NCBI RefSeq assembly: GCF_009914755.1
Contig: NC_060938.1
Length of the DNA stretch: 64,000 nucleotides
Direction: 5' to 3' (one strand)
Source: the human T2T-CHM13v2.0 reference genome, Homo sapiens
Shown here: positions 1 to 11,956 of the stretch, piece after piece
Layout: each line of letters starts with the position of its first letter
Numbering within the stretch: position 1 is the stretch's first letter
Translations under genes and position numbers: made by a program
Notes under the pieces: model-generated
The model's database searches: none
Seen by the model: only the letters and a program-made list of their open reading frames with translations
What the model was told of the DNA's origin: nothing

Positions 1-463
1 TTCCTGACAAGTCAGCTCCTTGTCTGGGTAGCCCTTGGATATCAGATCTTCAGGAGAAGCTACTGCCTCTTCAGGTCTGCAGGTTTCCAAATATCAAATT
101 TCTAAAGCATACAATGCCCACAGTTTCACCACTTCCTTTGGTGTCAATGCATTTCATTTTGAGCAATGGCAAGAAAGGCCCCTATGAAATCTTGCTACCA
201 CCACCAACAGGAAACATAGCAATCTGTAGCTATAGTCCCCTCATCTGGAGACTGGCCTTGGTAGGCTCACTTCATGCCTTCCTTGCTGGGTTTTGGAAGA
301 TGTTGCAATTAACACAAGGAAAGAAGGCAAGCTCTTACCCCTCCTTCCCCTTCACTCAGTAGCAGCATGGTGGTTGCAGAAATAAAGCACTCAGTTGTTC
401 TTTCTGCTTGCAATTGTTCAGATGCAAGGGGAAAAAGTAAAAACTGAAGCTTGCTATGACCTC

Positions 464-847
464 TGTCTTAAACCATTTTGTGCAGCTATAAAAATTGCTG
501 GGTAATTAATAAAGAACAGAAATTTATTTCTCACAGTTCTGGAGGCTGGGAAGTCCAAGATCAAGGTGCCAGCAGGCTTGGTGTCTGGAGAGGGCCACCC
601 CCAGGATGGTACCTTACACATTACATCTTCCGGAGCAGGGGCAATCACTGTTCCTTACAGGACAGAAATGCAGAACAGAGGGAACCCACATCCACAAGCC
701 CTTTTTAGACTGGCTTTAATCCACTCATGCTCCACCCTCATGACCTGAACACCTCCCAGTAAACCCCACCACCCAATGCTGTTGCATTGGGGATTAAGTT
801 TCCAACACGTGAGTTTTGGAGGGAACAAAAACATTCTGACCATAGCA
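464..847 (-). mobile_element. MaLR solo LTR (MST/MLT1A-like)
   Basis: Reverse strand begins TGCTATGGTCAGAATG and carries the typical MaLR body. Near-TSD acctc/gcctc. Confidence 0.85.
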
Positions 848-1552
848 GCCTCTCCCCAACTTTTACAAGAAGGCTGGCATCTGACGCATTTCATAGCCTG
901 AGTATAAGATGAGGTAACGGAGGGCCCACATCACCTACATCCTGTAAAGCCTGAGGCTCACCAAACCACACAGGGGAGTATGAACACAGAGGACACCTCC
1001 CACTGTTGTTCTCTTGTCTCCTGACTCAAACAGCCCCTTCCTTTCAGCCCAAGACATTGAGCCATCCGGGGCTTGCTGTGGTATGATACAAAATAAATAT
1101 TTGGTCTTTGTCCCTGGTTCCTGACACAGCGCCTCAAAATCCTTGGAACTGATAGTCCTGTATGCTAATGAGATGAGTCATGGAGAGGCCCTAGATAGCT
1201 TCAGGATGGGGGCTGGTCACTAGAAAAATCAACCATGTGATTAGAGGATTAGAACTTTCAGCCCCACCTCCTCACTTCTGACCTTCAAGGAGAGGAAAGG
1301 GATTGGAGATAAAGTCCAATCACTAAATGACCAATGATTTCATCAATCATGCCTGCATAATTCAGACCTTGAGCAAGAAAGAGGTCAAAGCCTGAGTTAC
1401 TACCTTTAGTGAGCTTAATTTCCACGTAGGAAAGTAAGAGAAGCACAGCAGCAAAGCTGTGTTTAAAATCCCCGCCCCCGCCCTCCCACTCCCTGCAAAA
1501 ACACTCCTAAATGAAGTCAGATAAAAATCTCCCAAAAAAATCCTAAGTGAAA

Positions 1553-1690
1553 TCAGATGCAGTGGCTGAAACGTAATTCCAGCTACTGGGGAGACTGAGG
1601 TGGGAGGATTGCTTAAGCCCAGGAATTTGAGGCCAGCCTGGGAAACATAGAGAGACCCTATATCTTTAAAAAATTTTGTTTTAATAAAAA
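1553..1690 (+). mobile_element. FLAM-like Alu monomer
   Basis: Single Alu monomer (gaggattgcttaagcccagga...) with A-rich tail. Confidence 0.75.
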
Positions 1691-1744
1691 CAAGAATAAA
1701 ACCTAAATGACAGGGATTCAGAGAACTTCTGGGTTGAGAAAAAC

Positions 1745-2275
1745 ATTGCTTTAAGAGGCCAAGGTGAGAGAATCACCTGAGGCCAGGAGTTCAGGACCAG
1801 CCTCTAAGAGACGGGGGGGTCTCACTCTATTGCCCAGGCTGGAGTGCAGTGGCACAATCTCAGCTCACTGCAGCCTTGACCTCCTGGGCTCAGGTGATCC
1901 TCCTACCTCAGCCTCCTGAGTAGCTGAGACCACAGGCATGTGCCACCATGCCCAGCTAACTTTTTTTATTTTTAGTGGAGATAAGCTTTCACTGTGTTGC
2001 CCAGACTGATCTCAAACTCCTGGTCTTAAGCAATCCTCCCACCTAAGCCTCCCAAAGTGCTGGGATTACGGGCGTGACCCACTGTGCCCAGCCCCTCAAA
2101 CAAATTTTTTTTATTTAGCCACATAGTGGCATGTGCCTGTAGTCTCAGCTACTTGGAAGGCTGAGGCCGGAGCATTGCTTGAGCCCAGGACGTCGAGGCT
2201 ACAGTGAGCTACAATTTCATCACTGCACTCCAGCCTGGGTGACGGTGTGAGACCCTGTTTAAAAAATAAAAGAAA
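1745..2275. mobile_element. Compound Alu: + strand AluJ interrupted by a tail-less minus-strand AluJ (1808-2093)
   Basis: Left-arm fragment (+) 1745-1805, reverse Alu 1808-2093, right arm (+) 2110-2275. Confidence 0.8.
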
Positions 2276-2832
2276 GACATTGATGCGCTTCAAGGATGGT
2301 GCATATGAAAGACAGAGCCCCAGGATGGTGGTGGCTGCCACCCTCCCTATGCAGCTCTTCCATTTGGTTGTTCCTGAATTGTATCCTTTATAATTAATGG
2401 GCAAATGTTAATTAATACGTTTTCCTGAGTTTTATGAGCTGTGAATTATCAAAACTGAGGAAGGGGTTGTAGAAACTCCCAAATGTATAGTCAGAAGTAT
2501 GGGCGGCTTCTTGGACTTGTGGCTGGCATCTGAAGCAGGGGCAGTCTGGGACGGAGCCTTGAACATGCACTGTTGGCTCTAACTCCAGGAGTTAGAACTG
2601 AATTGACTGTTGGATTCCTGTTGATGTCAGAGTCACGGGTCACGAGTGTGGAACACTCTCCACACACTTGGTATCAGAAGTGTCAGAAAAAAGACACTAC
2701 ACCTGTTTTCTCACCAAACAGTGGAAATGCTAAACTATAAGCTATTTCCACTGCATTTTTTTCCCCTCTTGCAATTCCACTCTTCCAGGAAGCTTGGGTG
2801 ATCAGCCTAGAGTGTTACCTACACTCGCCAAC

Positions 2833-2945
2833 AGAGTCAGCTGAGTTGACGCTCTGGGCATGACAGTTCTTTATTGTGGGGCTGTCATATGTGTGCCATT
2901 TTCAGCAGCATCTTTGACCTCTACCCACTAGATGCCGGTAGCAAT
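2833..2945. mobile_element. MER20-like hAT DNA transposon fragment
   Basis: ttctttattgtggggctgtc...gacctctacccactagatgcc motif. Confidence 0.6.
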
Positions 2946-3829
2946 AAGTCCCTGGCTGCCTCAACAAAATGTGGTCATTCCCTTACGACAAAAACTAGAC
3001 CTTACAAAAAAGGGTAGTCGAGCCTGAGGCCTGAGACCTGGGTCTAGTCCAGGCTCAGCCCAAGCTCTCTCTGTGACTTTGGGCAGGGCTACCAAGCCTC
3101 TTGGTGTCCTCAACTGAACAATGGAAAAGTCAGACCAGATCAACCTGAGTTCCGTTCAGCAACAACGTGCTACACTGCTGTGTTTGCCTTACCTTCCTAT
3201 GTGGAAATTAAGCCCAGTAGAGCTAGTAACTCAGGCTTTGACCTCTTTCTTGCTCTGTCAAGGCCTGAACTCCTGTCTTTTCCAATGATTTGACCCTGAG
3301 TCTCCCATTTCCTTTCACAGAATGAGGCCTGCTGGAGCCGACAGGGGATCTGTGTTGGGGATAGATGCTGCTGACAACCTGAAAAAGAATCCACCCTATG
3401 GCTCTGAAATTAACAGTGTTCAGCAGTCTTGTGGGCAGAGTGAGAGCACCTGCCCCCTGGAGCTGTCCTGGGGAGCCCCAGACCAGAGGAGTGAGGAGTG
3501 CCCTCTGTTGCAGGTGGGGGTGGCGGGACGGGAGTGTGGAGATCCAGAGTGGCCACCAGGCCATTGCTCAACTTAGTTCCTGCTCAGTCCCTCTGGGGCT
3601 GGCAGACTTCACAGTCCAGCTTGCTCTGGGGAGACCATATTCCGAAGGCAGCAGCATCCACCACCGTCCTGGGGCTCTGTCTTTCAAAGAGAAGCCTCTG
3701 TCCTTTTCAAAGACAGAACACCTGTGCTTGGCAGGCAAGAATAACATTGAGGGTGGGAAATCCCACTCTCCAAAATATTATAAAACAGAAAGTATGAAGG
3801 AATTAAAGTCCATTGAAAAAGTATCCTGA

Positions 3830-4140
3830 GACCGGGTGCAGTGTAGATGCCTGCAATTCTAGCACTTTGGGAGGCTGAGACAGGAGGATTGCTTGAGGCC
3901 ATAAGTTTGAGACCAGCCTGGGCAACAAAAATGAGACCCAGTCTCTACAAAAAAATTTCAAAATTAGCCAAGCATGGTAGCTCGTGCTTGTAGTCCCAGC
4001 TACTCAGGAGGCTGAGGTGGGAGGATTGCTTGAGCCCAGGAGTTCAAGGTTACAGTGAGCTATGATTGTGCACTGCATTCCAGCCTGGGGAGCAGACTGA
4101 GTGGGTGGCCCTGTAGCAAAAAATAGAAAAGAAAAGAAAA
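3830..4140 (+). mobile_element. AluJ
   Basis: Dimeric Alu with A-rich tail. TSD aaaa(a/g)gtatcctg. Confidence 0.9.
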
Positions 4141-4164
4141 GGTATCCTGGACTACCAGGAATGA

Positions 4165-4350
4165 TGGTAATAATGATGCTAGCACTTATTAAGAATTTAA
4201 TAGATGCCCTGAACTCAGCTCAGTGCTTTACATGAATTATCTCATTTAATTCAGGACACAATTGGAGATAGTTATGCTTTTTACCCCCATTTTACAGATT
4301 GGGAAACTGAAGTTACAGTGTTCTTCAAAGTCTTTCAACTAATAAGGTCT
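4165..4350 (-). mobile_element. MIR
   Basis: MIR core ccccattttacagattgggaaactgaag. Confidence 0.7.
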
Positions 4351-4633
4351 AATGATTTTATCCTGGAAGCACACATGGAAATTTTCTTGTTCTCTAGTCT
4401 TGGTAGGTAAAATTTGGGATATCTTGGCAGGTGTGACCTAAGTTATCACAAAGCATGTCCAATTATTGGGAAAGAAGATGATGTTAGTTACTGGGTGGTG
4501 GTGGTGGGAGGGGTGGTCTAGCTAATGACTGGCATTTTAAACTAGAATCATTAAGATCCATTATTAATCTTCATTTCATTCATTTTTATCTATTTATCCT
4601 TCTATTCATTAATTCAATCAATAAAAACTTATT

Positions 4634-5636
4634 TGTGGGCGGCAAGCCACCCAGGTGCCAAGGCAGGAGACTGAGGGTATGAGCTGTTCCAGTATAATAA
4701 AATATATAAAATAAGAATAGTTATAGTAGATATAGATCTTAGATATGATTATATATGAATAACAATCATTAATTTGTAGCAATAATTCTTTATTCCAATA
4801 TTATAATAATCCTTGCTCTACAATCATAACCTAGGAAAAACCAGGCCACACAGAGATAGGAACTGAGGGGACATAGTGAGAAGTGACCAGAAGACAAGAG
4901 TGTGAGCCTTCTGTTATGCCCAGACAGGGTCACCAGAGGGCTCCTTGGTCTAGCGGTAACGCCAGCATCTGGGAAGACACCCGTTGCCAAGCGGACCGTG
5001 GTCTAGCGGTAGCATCAGTGTCAAGGAAAAACATCTGCTACTTAGCAGACTGGGAAAGGGAGTCTCCCTTTCCCTGGGGGAGTTTAGAGAAGACTCTACT
5101 CCTCCACCTCTTGTGGAGGGCCTGACATCAGTCAGGCCCGCCTGCAGTTATCCAGAGGCCTAACAGTCTCCCTGTGATGCTGTGCTTCAGTGGTCATGCT
5201 CCTAGTCCACCTTCATGTTCCATCCTGTACACCTGGCTCTGCCTTTTAGATAGCAGTAGCAAATTAGTGAAACTACTAAAAGTCTCTGATAAGCAGAAAT
5301 AATGGCATAAGCTGTCTCTCTCTCTCCTCTCTCTCTCTCTGCCTCGGCTGCCAGGCAGGGAAGGGCCCCCTGTCCAGTGGACATGTGACCCACGTGACCT
5401 TACCTATCATTGGAGATGGCTCACACTCCTTACCCTGCCCCTTTGTCTTGTATCCAATAAATATCAGCGCAGCCTGGCATTTGGGGCCACTACTGATCTC
5501 TGCGTCTTGGTGGTAGTGGTCCCCCAGGTCCAGCTGTCTTTTCTTTTACCTCTTTGTCTTGTGTCTTTATTTCTACACTCTCTCGTCTCTGCACATGGGA
5601 AGAAAGCCCATCAACCCTGTGGGACTGGACCCTACA
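4634..5636 (+). mobile_element. LTR13 solo LTR (HERV-K13/HML-4)
   Basis: Starts TGTGGGCGGCAAGCCACCCAGG and ends CCCTACA. Perfect 6-bp TSD cttatt (4628-4633 / 5637-5642). AATAAA at ~5456. Inserted in an L2 tail. Confidence 0.9.
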
Positions 5637-7167
5637 CTTATTGATAACTCAGTGTATGTCATGGATTGTGCTAATGGCTAGGGATGCAAAAAAGAGTCAT
5701 ACTCCATCCCCATCCTCAAGACATTCCTGGTCCAGTGCTGCCGGCAATAGTCAGAGGCCAAAGTCCCATAAGAAAGTGGCCTTCTGGCCCACTGACTTCT
5801 TCCCCAGGTCCGCCTAGAAATCTAACTGGGTTCAAGTCAGGCAAAACATGTACAACTTTATGATTTCTTGTCTGATGGAAATCCCCTGGACTTTTCCCTT
5901 TTTGTATTGGATGGATTTTAGTTCTCCTGGACATGCCAAAGCGGGTACGTGGCACCCCACAGCCATGAAGCCTTGGGCCCCTGCACCTGGTGCTTAGGTT
6001 CAGGGAGCCTCAGGAAGTCTTTCTCCTGACCTGACTCTCTTGTCTTAGGACACAATCTATGGGAAACTTCTCCCACAATACAAAGCCCAAACGCAAGAGA
6101 AGGGGCCAGCCTAAACCCAGCCTGGAGACATCAGCGTAGGGATCCACTGGGCACATACTGTCCTTGAGGTTTAGCCACCTGGCAACATGCTGGGCTGCTG
6201 CCGCCCTCCTCTTCTCCCCAGCCAGCCCTCACCAGGGTCTACAGGAAGTGGTTGCTCCCATAAGCTGTGTAGGCAGATGTTCCTGTGAGTGCTTCTCTCT
6301 GTCTCAGAAAAGGGAGTCAGGGCAGGAGATGTTCCTGCCATGCCTTCCAAATGGCAGATTTCCCTGCTGTTTCAATGAGGTCTCATGGCTTTCTGGATGT
6401 CAACTCTTCTCTCCTATACTCTAAGAAGTACAGAGATGGGCCAGTACTCTAAGAATCCAGACACTATTGTAAAATTCTCCCTACTTCCATTCAGCCAGGG
6501 AGCTCCTGGTCTGTTCCTTTGAGTTCTTGTTCCCTCAGTTCTTCTCTGGAAAGGCTGCCTCTGCCTGGATAGACCAGGCCCAAGATGCGTAGATGAATCA
6601 GACACATCCCTGCCCTTGAGGGCTGTCACAGGTCTCAGTGAAGACCTACAATAGAGCAGGGAATTGAGAAGGCTTGGAGGGAGGCAGGAGTAGGGTAGGA
6701 AACAATACAAAGGGAGGGAAGAGAAGGTGATGCTGGAGGTGCACCAGGAAGGAAATGGCAGTGATATGGTTTGGATCTGTGTCCCCATCCAAACTCATGT
6801 TCAATTGTAATGCCCAGTGTGAGGCTTGATGGGAAGTGATTGGATCATGGGGGCAGAATTCTCATGAATGGTTTAGCACCATCACCCCCCCTTGGTACTG
6901 TATAGCAAGTGAGTTCTCACGAGATCTGGTTGTTTAAAAGTGTGCAGCACCTGCCCCCCGACTTCCTCCTGCTTCATCCATGTAAGACGTGTCGGCTTCC
7001 CCTTCACCTTCCGCCATGATTCTAAGTTTCCTGAGGCCTCCCCAGAAGCAGAAGCCACTGTGCTTCCTGTATAACCTGTAGAACTGTGAGCCAATGAAAC
7101 CTCTTTTCTTTATAAATTATCAGTCTCAGTTATTTCTTTATAGTCATGCGAGAACGAACTAATACAG

Positions 7168-7666
7168 TGTTGGGAACAGGCCCCCAAATCTGGCCATAAA
7201 CTGGCCCCAAAACTGGCCATAAACAAAATCTTTGCAGCACCATGACATGTTCATGATGGCCATGATGCCCACGCTGAAGGTTGTGGGTTTACCAGAATGA
7301 GAGCAAGGAACACCTGGCCAACCCAGGGCAGAAAACTGCTTAAAGGTGTTCCTGAACCACAAACAATAGCATGAGCAATCTGTGCCTTAAGGACATGTTC
7401 CTGTTGCAGGCCCATCCCTTTATTTCGGCCCATCCCTTTATTTTCTGTAAGGAACGCTTTTAGTTAATCTACAATCCATAGAAATAACGCTTATCACTGG
7501 CTTGCTGTCAATAAATATGTGGGTAAATCTCTGTTCGAGGATCTCAGCTCTGAAGGCTGTGAGACCCCTGATTTCCCACTCCACATGCTATATTTCTGTG
7601 AGTGTGTATCTTTAATTCCTCTAGCACCACTGGGTTAGGGTCCCCATGACTGAGCTGGTCTTGGCA
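7168..7666 (+). mobile_element. MER9 solo LTR (HERV-K9/HML-3) nested in MSTA
   Basis: Starts TGTTGGGAACAGGCCCCCAAATCTGGCCATAAAC and ends TTGGCA. Perfect 6-bp TSD atacag (7162-7167 / 7667-7672). Confidence 0.9.
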
Positions 7667-7718
7667 ATACAGAAAATTGTTACTGAGAAATGGGACATTG
7701 CTATAAAAATGCCTGAAA

Positions 7719-9118
7719 ATGTGGAAGCGGATTTGGAACTGGATAATGGGCAGAGGCTGGAAGAGTGTGGAGGGCTCAGAAGAAGACAAGAAAATGAGGG
7801 AAAAATTGGAACTTCCTAGAAATTTGTTGAATGGTTGTGACCAATATGCTGATAGTCATATGGACAGTGAAGTTCAGGCTGAGGAGGTCTCAGATGGAGA
7901 TGAGGAACTTATTGGGAACTGGAGCAAAGGTCACCTTTGTTATGCATTAGTAAAGAGGTTGCCTGCATTATGCCTCTGCCCTATGGATCTGTGGAACTTT
8001 GAACTGGAGAATGATGATTTATGGATCTGGCTGAATAATTTTTCTAAGCAGCAAATTGTTCAACAAGTGGTCTGGCTGCTTCTAACAACCTATGCTCATG
8101 TGCACGAGCAAAGAAATAACTTGAAGCTGGAATTTATATTTAAAAGGGAAGCAGAGCATAAAAGTTTGGAAAATTTTCAGCCTGGCCATGTGGTAGAAAA
8201 GAAAAGCCCATTTCCAAAGGAACAGTTCAAGCCAGATGCAAAAATTCGCATTACTAAAAGGAAAGCAAGAGCGAATAGCCAAGGCAATGGGGAAAGGGCC
8301 TCCAAGGCATTTCACAGACCTTCATGGCAGCCCCTTCCATCACAGGCCCGAAGGCCTAGGAGGACAGAACGGTTTGGTGTGCCAGGCCCAGGGCCCTGCC
8401 ACCATGAGCGGCCTGAAGACACTGTTCCCTGCATCCTGGCTGCTTTAGCTCCAGCCTTAGCTCAAAGCAGCCCAGGTACAGCTCAGGCTGCTGCTTCAGA
8501 AGGTGCAAGCTATGAGCCTTCACAGCTTCCACATGGTCTTAAGTCTGTGGGTACTCAGAGTGCTAGAGTTGAGGTTTGGGACCCTCCACCGAGATTTCAG
8601 AGGATGTATGGAAAAGCCTGAATGTCCAGGCAAAAGCCTGCTGCAGGGGCAGAGCCCTCACTGAGAATTTCTACTAGGGCAGTGCAGAGGGGAAAGGTGG
8701 GGTTGGAGCCCCCACACAGAATCCCCACTGGGGCACTGCCTACTGGAGCTGTGAGAAGAGGGCCACCATCCTCCAGACCCCAGAATGGTAGATCCACTGA
8801 CAACTTACACCATGCACCTAGAAAAGCAATGTGCACTCAACAACAGTTAATGAGAGCAGCCACAGGGGCTATTCCCTGCAAAGCCATAGGGCTGGAGCTG
8901 CCCAAGATCTTGGGAACCACTCCTTGCATCCAGTGTGCCCTGGATATGGGGCATGGAGTCAAAGGAGATTATTTTGGAGCTTAAGATTTAATGACTGCCC
9001 TGCTGGGTTTCAGACTTGCATGTGGCCTGCAGCCCCTTTCTTTTGGCTTATTTCTCCCTTTTGGAATGGGAGTATTTACCCGATGCTTGTACCTTCATTG
9101 TATCTTGGGAATAACTAA
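7719..9118 (+). pseudogene. MaLR internal ORF, near-intact: 300 aa open frame, one TGA, 120 further in-frame codons, then a frameshift before the C-terminus
   Basis: Translation (MWKRIWNW...GRGWKSVEGSEED...PPPRFQRMYGKA*MSRQK...GVKGDYFGA, then shifted LRFNDCPAGF...LYLGNN) follows the recalled THE1/MST internal ORF end to end. Confidence 0.85.
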
Positions 9119-9628
9119 CTTTTTTTTTTAATTTTACAGGCTCATAGGTGGAAGGGACTAGCTTTATCTCAGATAAGACTCGGACTTTGTGCTTTTGAGT
9201 TAATGCTGGACACAGTTAAGACTTTGGGGACCATTGAGAAGGGATGATTCTGTTTTGGAATGTGAGAACATGAGATTTGGGAGGGGTCAGGGACAGAATC
9301 ATATGGTTTGGATCTGTGTCCCCATCCAAATCTCATATTCAATTGTAATCCCCTACGTTGGAAGTGGAGCCTGGTGGGAGGTGATTGGATGGATCATGAG
9401 GGCAAAGTTCTCATGAATGGTTTAGCAGCATCCCCACCTTGGTACTGTATAGTGAGTGAGTTCTCATGAGATCTGGTTGTTTAAAAGTGTGTAGCACCTC
9501 CCTGCTATCTCTCTTCCTCCTGCTTAATCCACATAAAATGTGGCTGCTACCCTTTCACCTTCCGCCATGATTCTAAGTTTCCTGAGTCTTCCCCAGAAGC
9601 AGAAGCTGCTTTGCTTCCTGTTTAATTG

Positions 9629-9702
9629 GGTAATTTATAAAGAAAAGAGGTTTAATTGGCTCACAGCCCTGCCAATTAAACCTCTTTTCTTTATAAATTA
9701 CC
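9629..9702. repeat. Perfect 32-bp inverted repeat with 10-nt loop
   Basis: 9629-9660 is the exact reverse complement of 9671-9702. Confidence 0.97.
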
Positions 9703-9849
9703 TAGTCTCAGGAATTTCTCTATGGCAATGTGGGAATGGGCTAATACAGGTGGCTAGAATATTCTCCAAGGGGAGGAACACCTGGGAACAGCAATGAGAA
9801 CGGTGAGAAGCCTGGTGTAGCTACAGGAGGTGTAAGAAATTCACCCAGG

Positions 9850-10030
9850 CCGCTGGGGTTAAGCTCTGAGAGTTGTGGCTCACTGGTCCCTCTCAACTCG
9901 GACTCCCCCATCTGTAAGATGGGGATCCTCCAGATTAGGGTTGTGGTTGTGATGGTTAAGTGGGTCAGTACATGAAAAGGACAGAACAGTTCCTGGATGG
10001 GTGTAAGCACTATGCATGTGTTAGCTGGTG
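9850..10030 (+). mobile_element. MIR
   Basis: ctccccatctgtaagatgggg...aagcactatgcatgtgttagct. Confidence 0.65.
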
Positions 10031-10242
10031 TTATGACTCTTATCCTCATGTCATGCCCAAAGATGTCAAGACTCAGCAATACATATTTTCTGAATGAATT
10101 TGTAAATGAGGCCTAGTTACATCAGTATAAATGTGTGTACTTCATAGACCTGCGAGCTGCAGGGGTATTGGAAAGAAGTCTTAACAATTAAAAAATAATA
10201 GGTATAATTTTTGGAGTTTCTACTATATACAAAGCATACATT

Positions 10243-10280
10243 TACATTTACTTCTTCTCTCTCACCAAAGATAAAAAGCT
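10243..10280 (+). repeat. 38-bp exact dispersed duplication, copy 1
   Basis: tacatttacttcttctctctcaccaaagataaaaagct, identical at 11919-11956. Confidence 0.95.
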
Positions 10281-11589
10281 GATGATTATTCTCAATATAA
10301 AGATGAGGAAATTGAAGCTCAAAGACCTCTTCTTTTGGTCAGGATGCTGTTCTCTGCCTAGAATATAGGCTACTGATGATCATGCTACAAATTTTATTCT
10401 GAAAGGCAATTTTCTCTACTGGTTTTAGACATAATACAACTAAAGGAAAAAAGTGTTTTTGAAGATGCTTACAAGTTGGTCAGGCTTGGTAGCCATTCAA
10501 TGAGAAAAGCAGAAAAAGACCTCACAGCTACCTCTGTCTTAAGAAGGAGTTCATGAGTCCAACTACCTGAGGTCAGAGCTGATGATCATAATTTATCGAT
10601 GCTTCAGTGGGCCCAGGTGGACCTGGCCATGGAGGCCGATCTGCCTGTCTGGGCCCTCATGTTCCTGTTCAGTACACATACAGGTGGTGATAGGGAGGTG
10701 GAAACCCTGGCAAGGCAGATAAAAGAGCTCCGGTTTTAGAGTGAGTCAGACCTGAATTCAGAGCTGGCTCCGTCACTTACGCACTGTGCCATCTTGCACA
10801 GTTAACATTTTAGAAGTAAACTAAATGGTGATAATAATAACATGCCATAGAATTGGCATAAGGATGGAAGATAATGTATGCAAAAAATAATAAACATAGG
10901 CATAGACTCTGCCTTTCCATCATAATTACATTAATATAAAATTTTAAATTATTAGCTGCTTTTCAACTATGGGCAAACATTTGAAGCTTGATGATGTGCA
11001 GTGTTGGCAAGGCTCTGGCGAAACAGGTGCCATCATGTACTCTTAGTGGGAGTCTAAATTAGTGCAGCAGCTGTGAAAGGCAATTTGGTATTAGAAATCA
11101 AATTTTTTAATGCATATACTTTTTGATGTAGCAATTCCACTGCTCTGAATTTATCCTGTGAATATATTAATTTTAATTAGAGTATTGGATTGATTGCCAT
11201 AATTGAGAACCCAAATAATAGTGGCTTAAACACAACAGAGGTATATTTCTTTCTGGACATAGTAGCCCAGCTTAATCAACCTACAGCTGTTGGTGTGGGA
11301 GTGTGTGATTCTGTGTTGTTGTGGGCCCAGGGTTCATATTTTGTTGCTCTGCTATCCTAGACTGCTATCCTCATCTGCATAATATAAAAGAGCTCCCCTC
11401 CACATCCACACTCCAGCCTGGGCCAATGGGGAAAGGTATGCAGCCACACTTCTTCCCTGTAAAGCCGCAATCCCAGAGTCACACGCATTGCTTCTGCTAT
11501 GTCCCACTGACCAGCACTTAGTTGCTTGGTCATACCTGAATGCAGGACTGCCGAGAAATGTAGTCTTTATTCTGGGAGCCATGTCCCTA

Positions 11590-11800
11590 TAGGTTGAGCA
11601 TCTCAAATACAAAAATCTGAAATCTGAAATGCCCCCAAATTTGAAACTTTTTGAGCACCCACATTACACTCAAAGGAAATGCTCATTGGAGAATTTCAGA
11701 TTTTCAGATTTGGGATATGCAACCAGTGTGCAACTATTCCAAAATCCAGAAGAAAATGGAAATCCAAAACACTTCTAGTTTCAAGCATTTCAAATAAATG
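11590..11800. mobile_element. Tigger4/MER46-type DNA transposon
   Basis: aggttgagcatc...aaatctgaaatctgaaatgc...aaggaaatgctcattggag. Confidence 0.75.
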
Positions 11801-11918
11801 TACTAAAATTCAGAGATGTTATATGACACTCATATATACAGGCAAAGATGTAAGCATAAGGATGCTCACTGCAGCATTTTTGTAACTGAAAAACCCTAGT
11901 AACAGTATGAATGATATC

Positions 11919-11956
11919 TACATTTACTTCTTCTCTCTCACCAAAGATAAAAAGCT
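11919..11956 (+). repeat. 38-bp exact dispersed duplication, copy 2
   Basis: Identical to 10243-10280. Confidence 0.95.

Larger units (their letters stand above)
1078..2701 (+). mobile_element. MER21-family LTR interrupted by Alu elements
   Basis: tgtggtatgat...ggtctttgtccctggttcctgacacag...gcttcaggatgggggctggtcac matches recalled MER21. The LTR resumes after the Alu block at ~2275. Confidence 0.75.
6762..9748 (+). mobile_element. Full-length MSTA MaLR provirus (5' LTR 6762-7166, internal ~7672-9298, 3' LTR 9299-9748)
   Basis: Two direct LTRs (T[G/C]ATATGGTTTGGATCTGTGTCCCC...CTAATACA) flank a MaLR internal region. Degenerate 5-bp TSD ggcag/ggtgg. Confidence 0.92.

Noticed and set aside
1553-1690. 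7SL RNA gene
   Set aside because: Only a decayed Alu monomer with no S domain.
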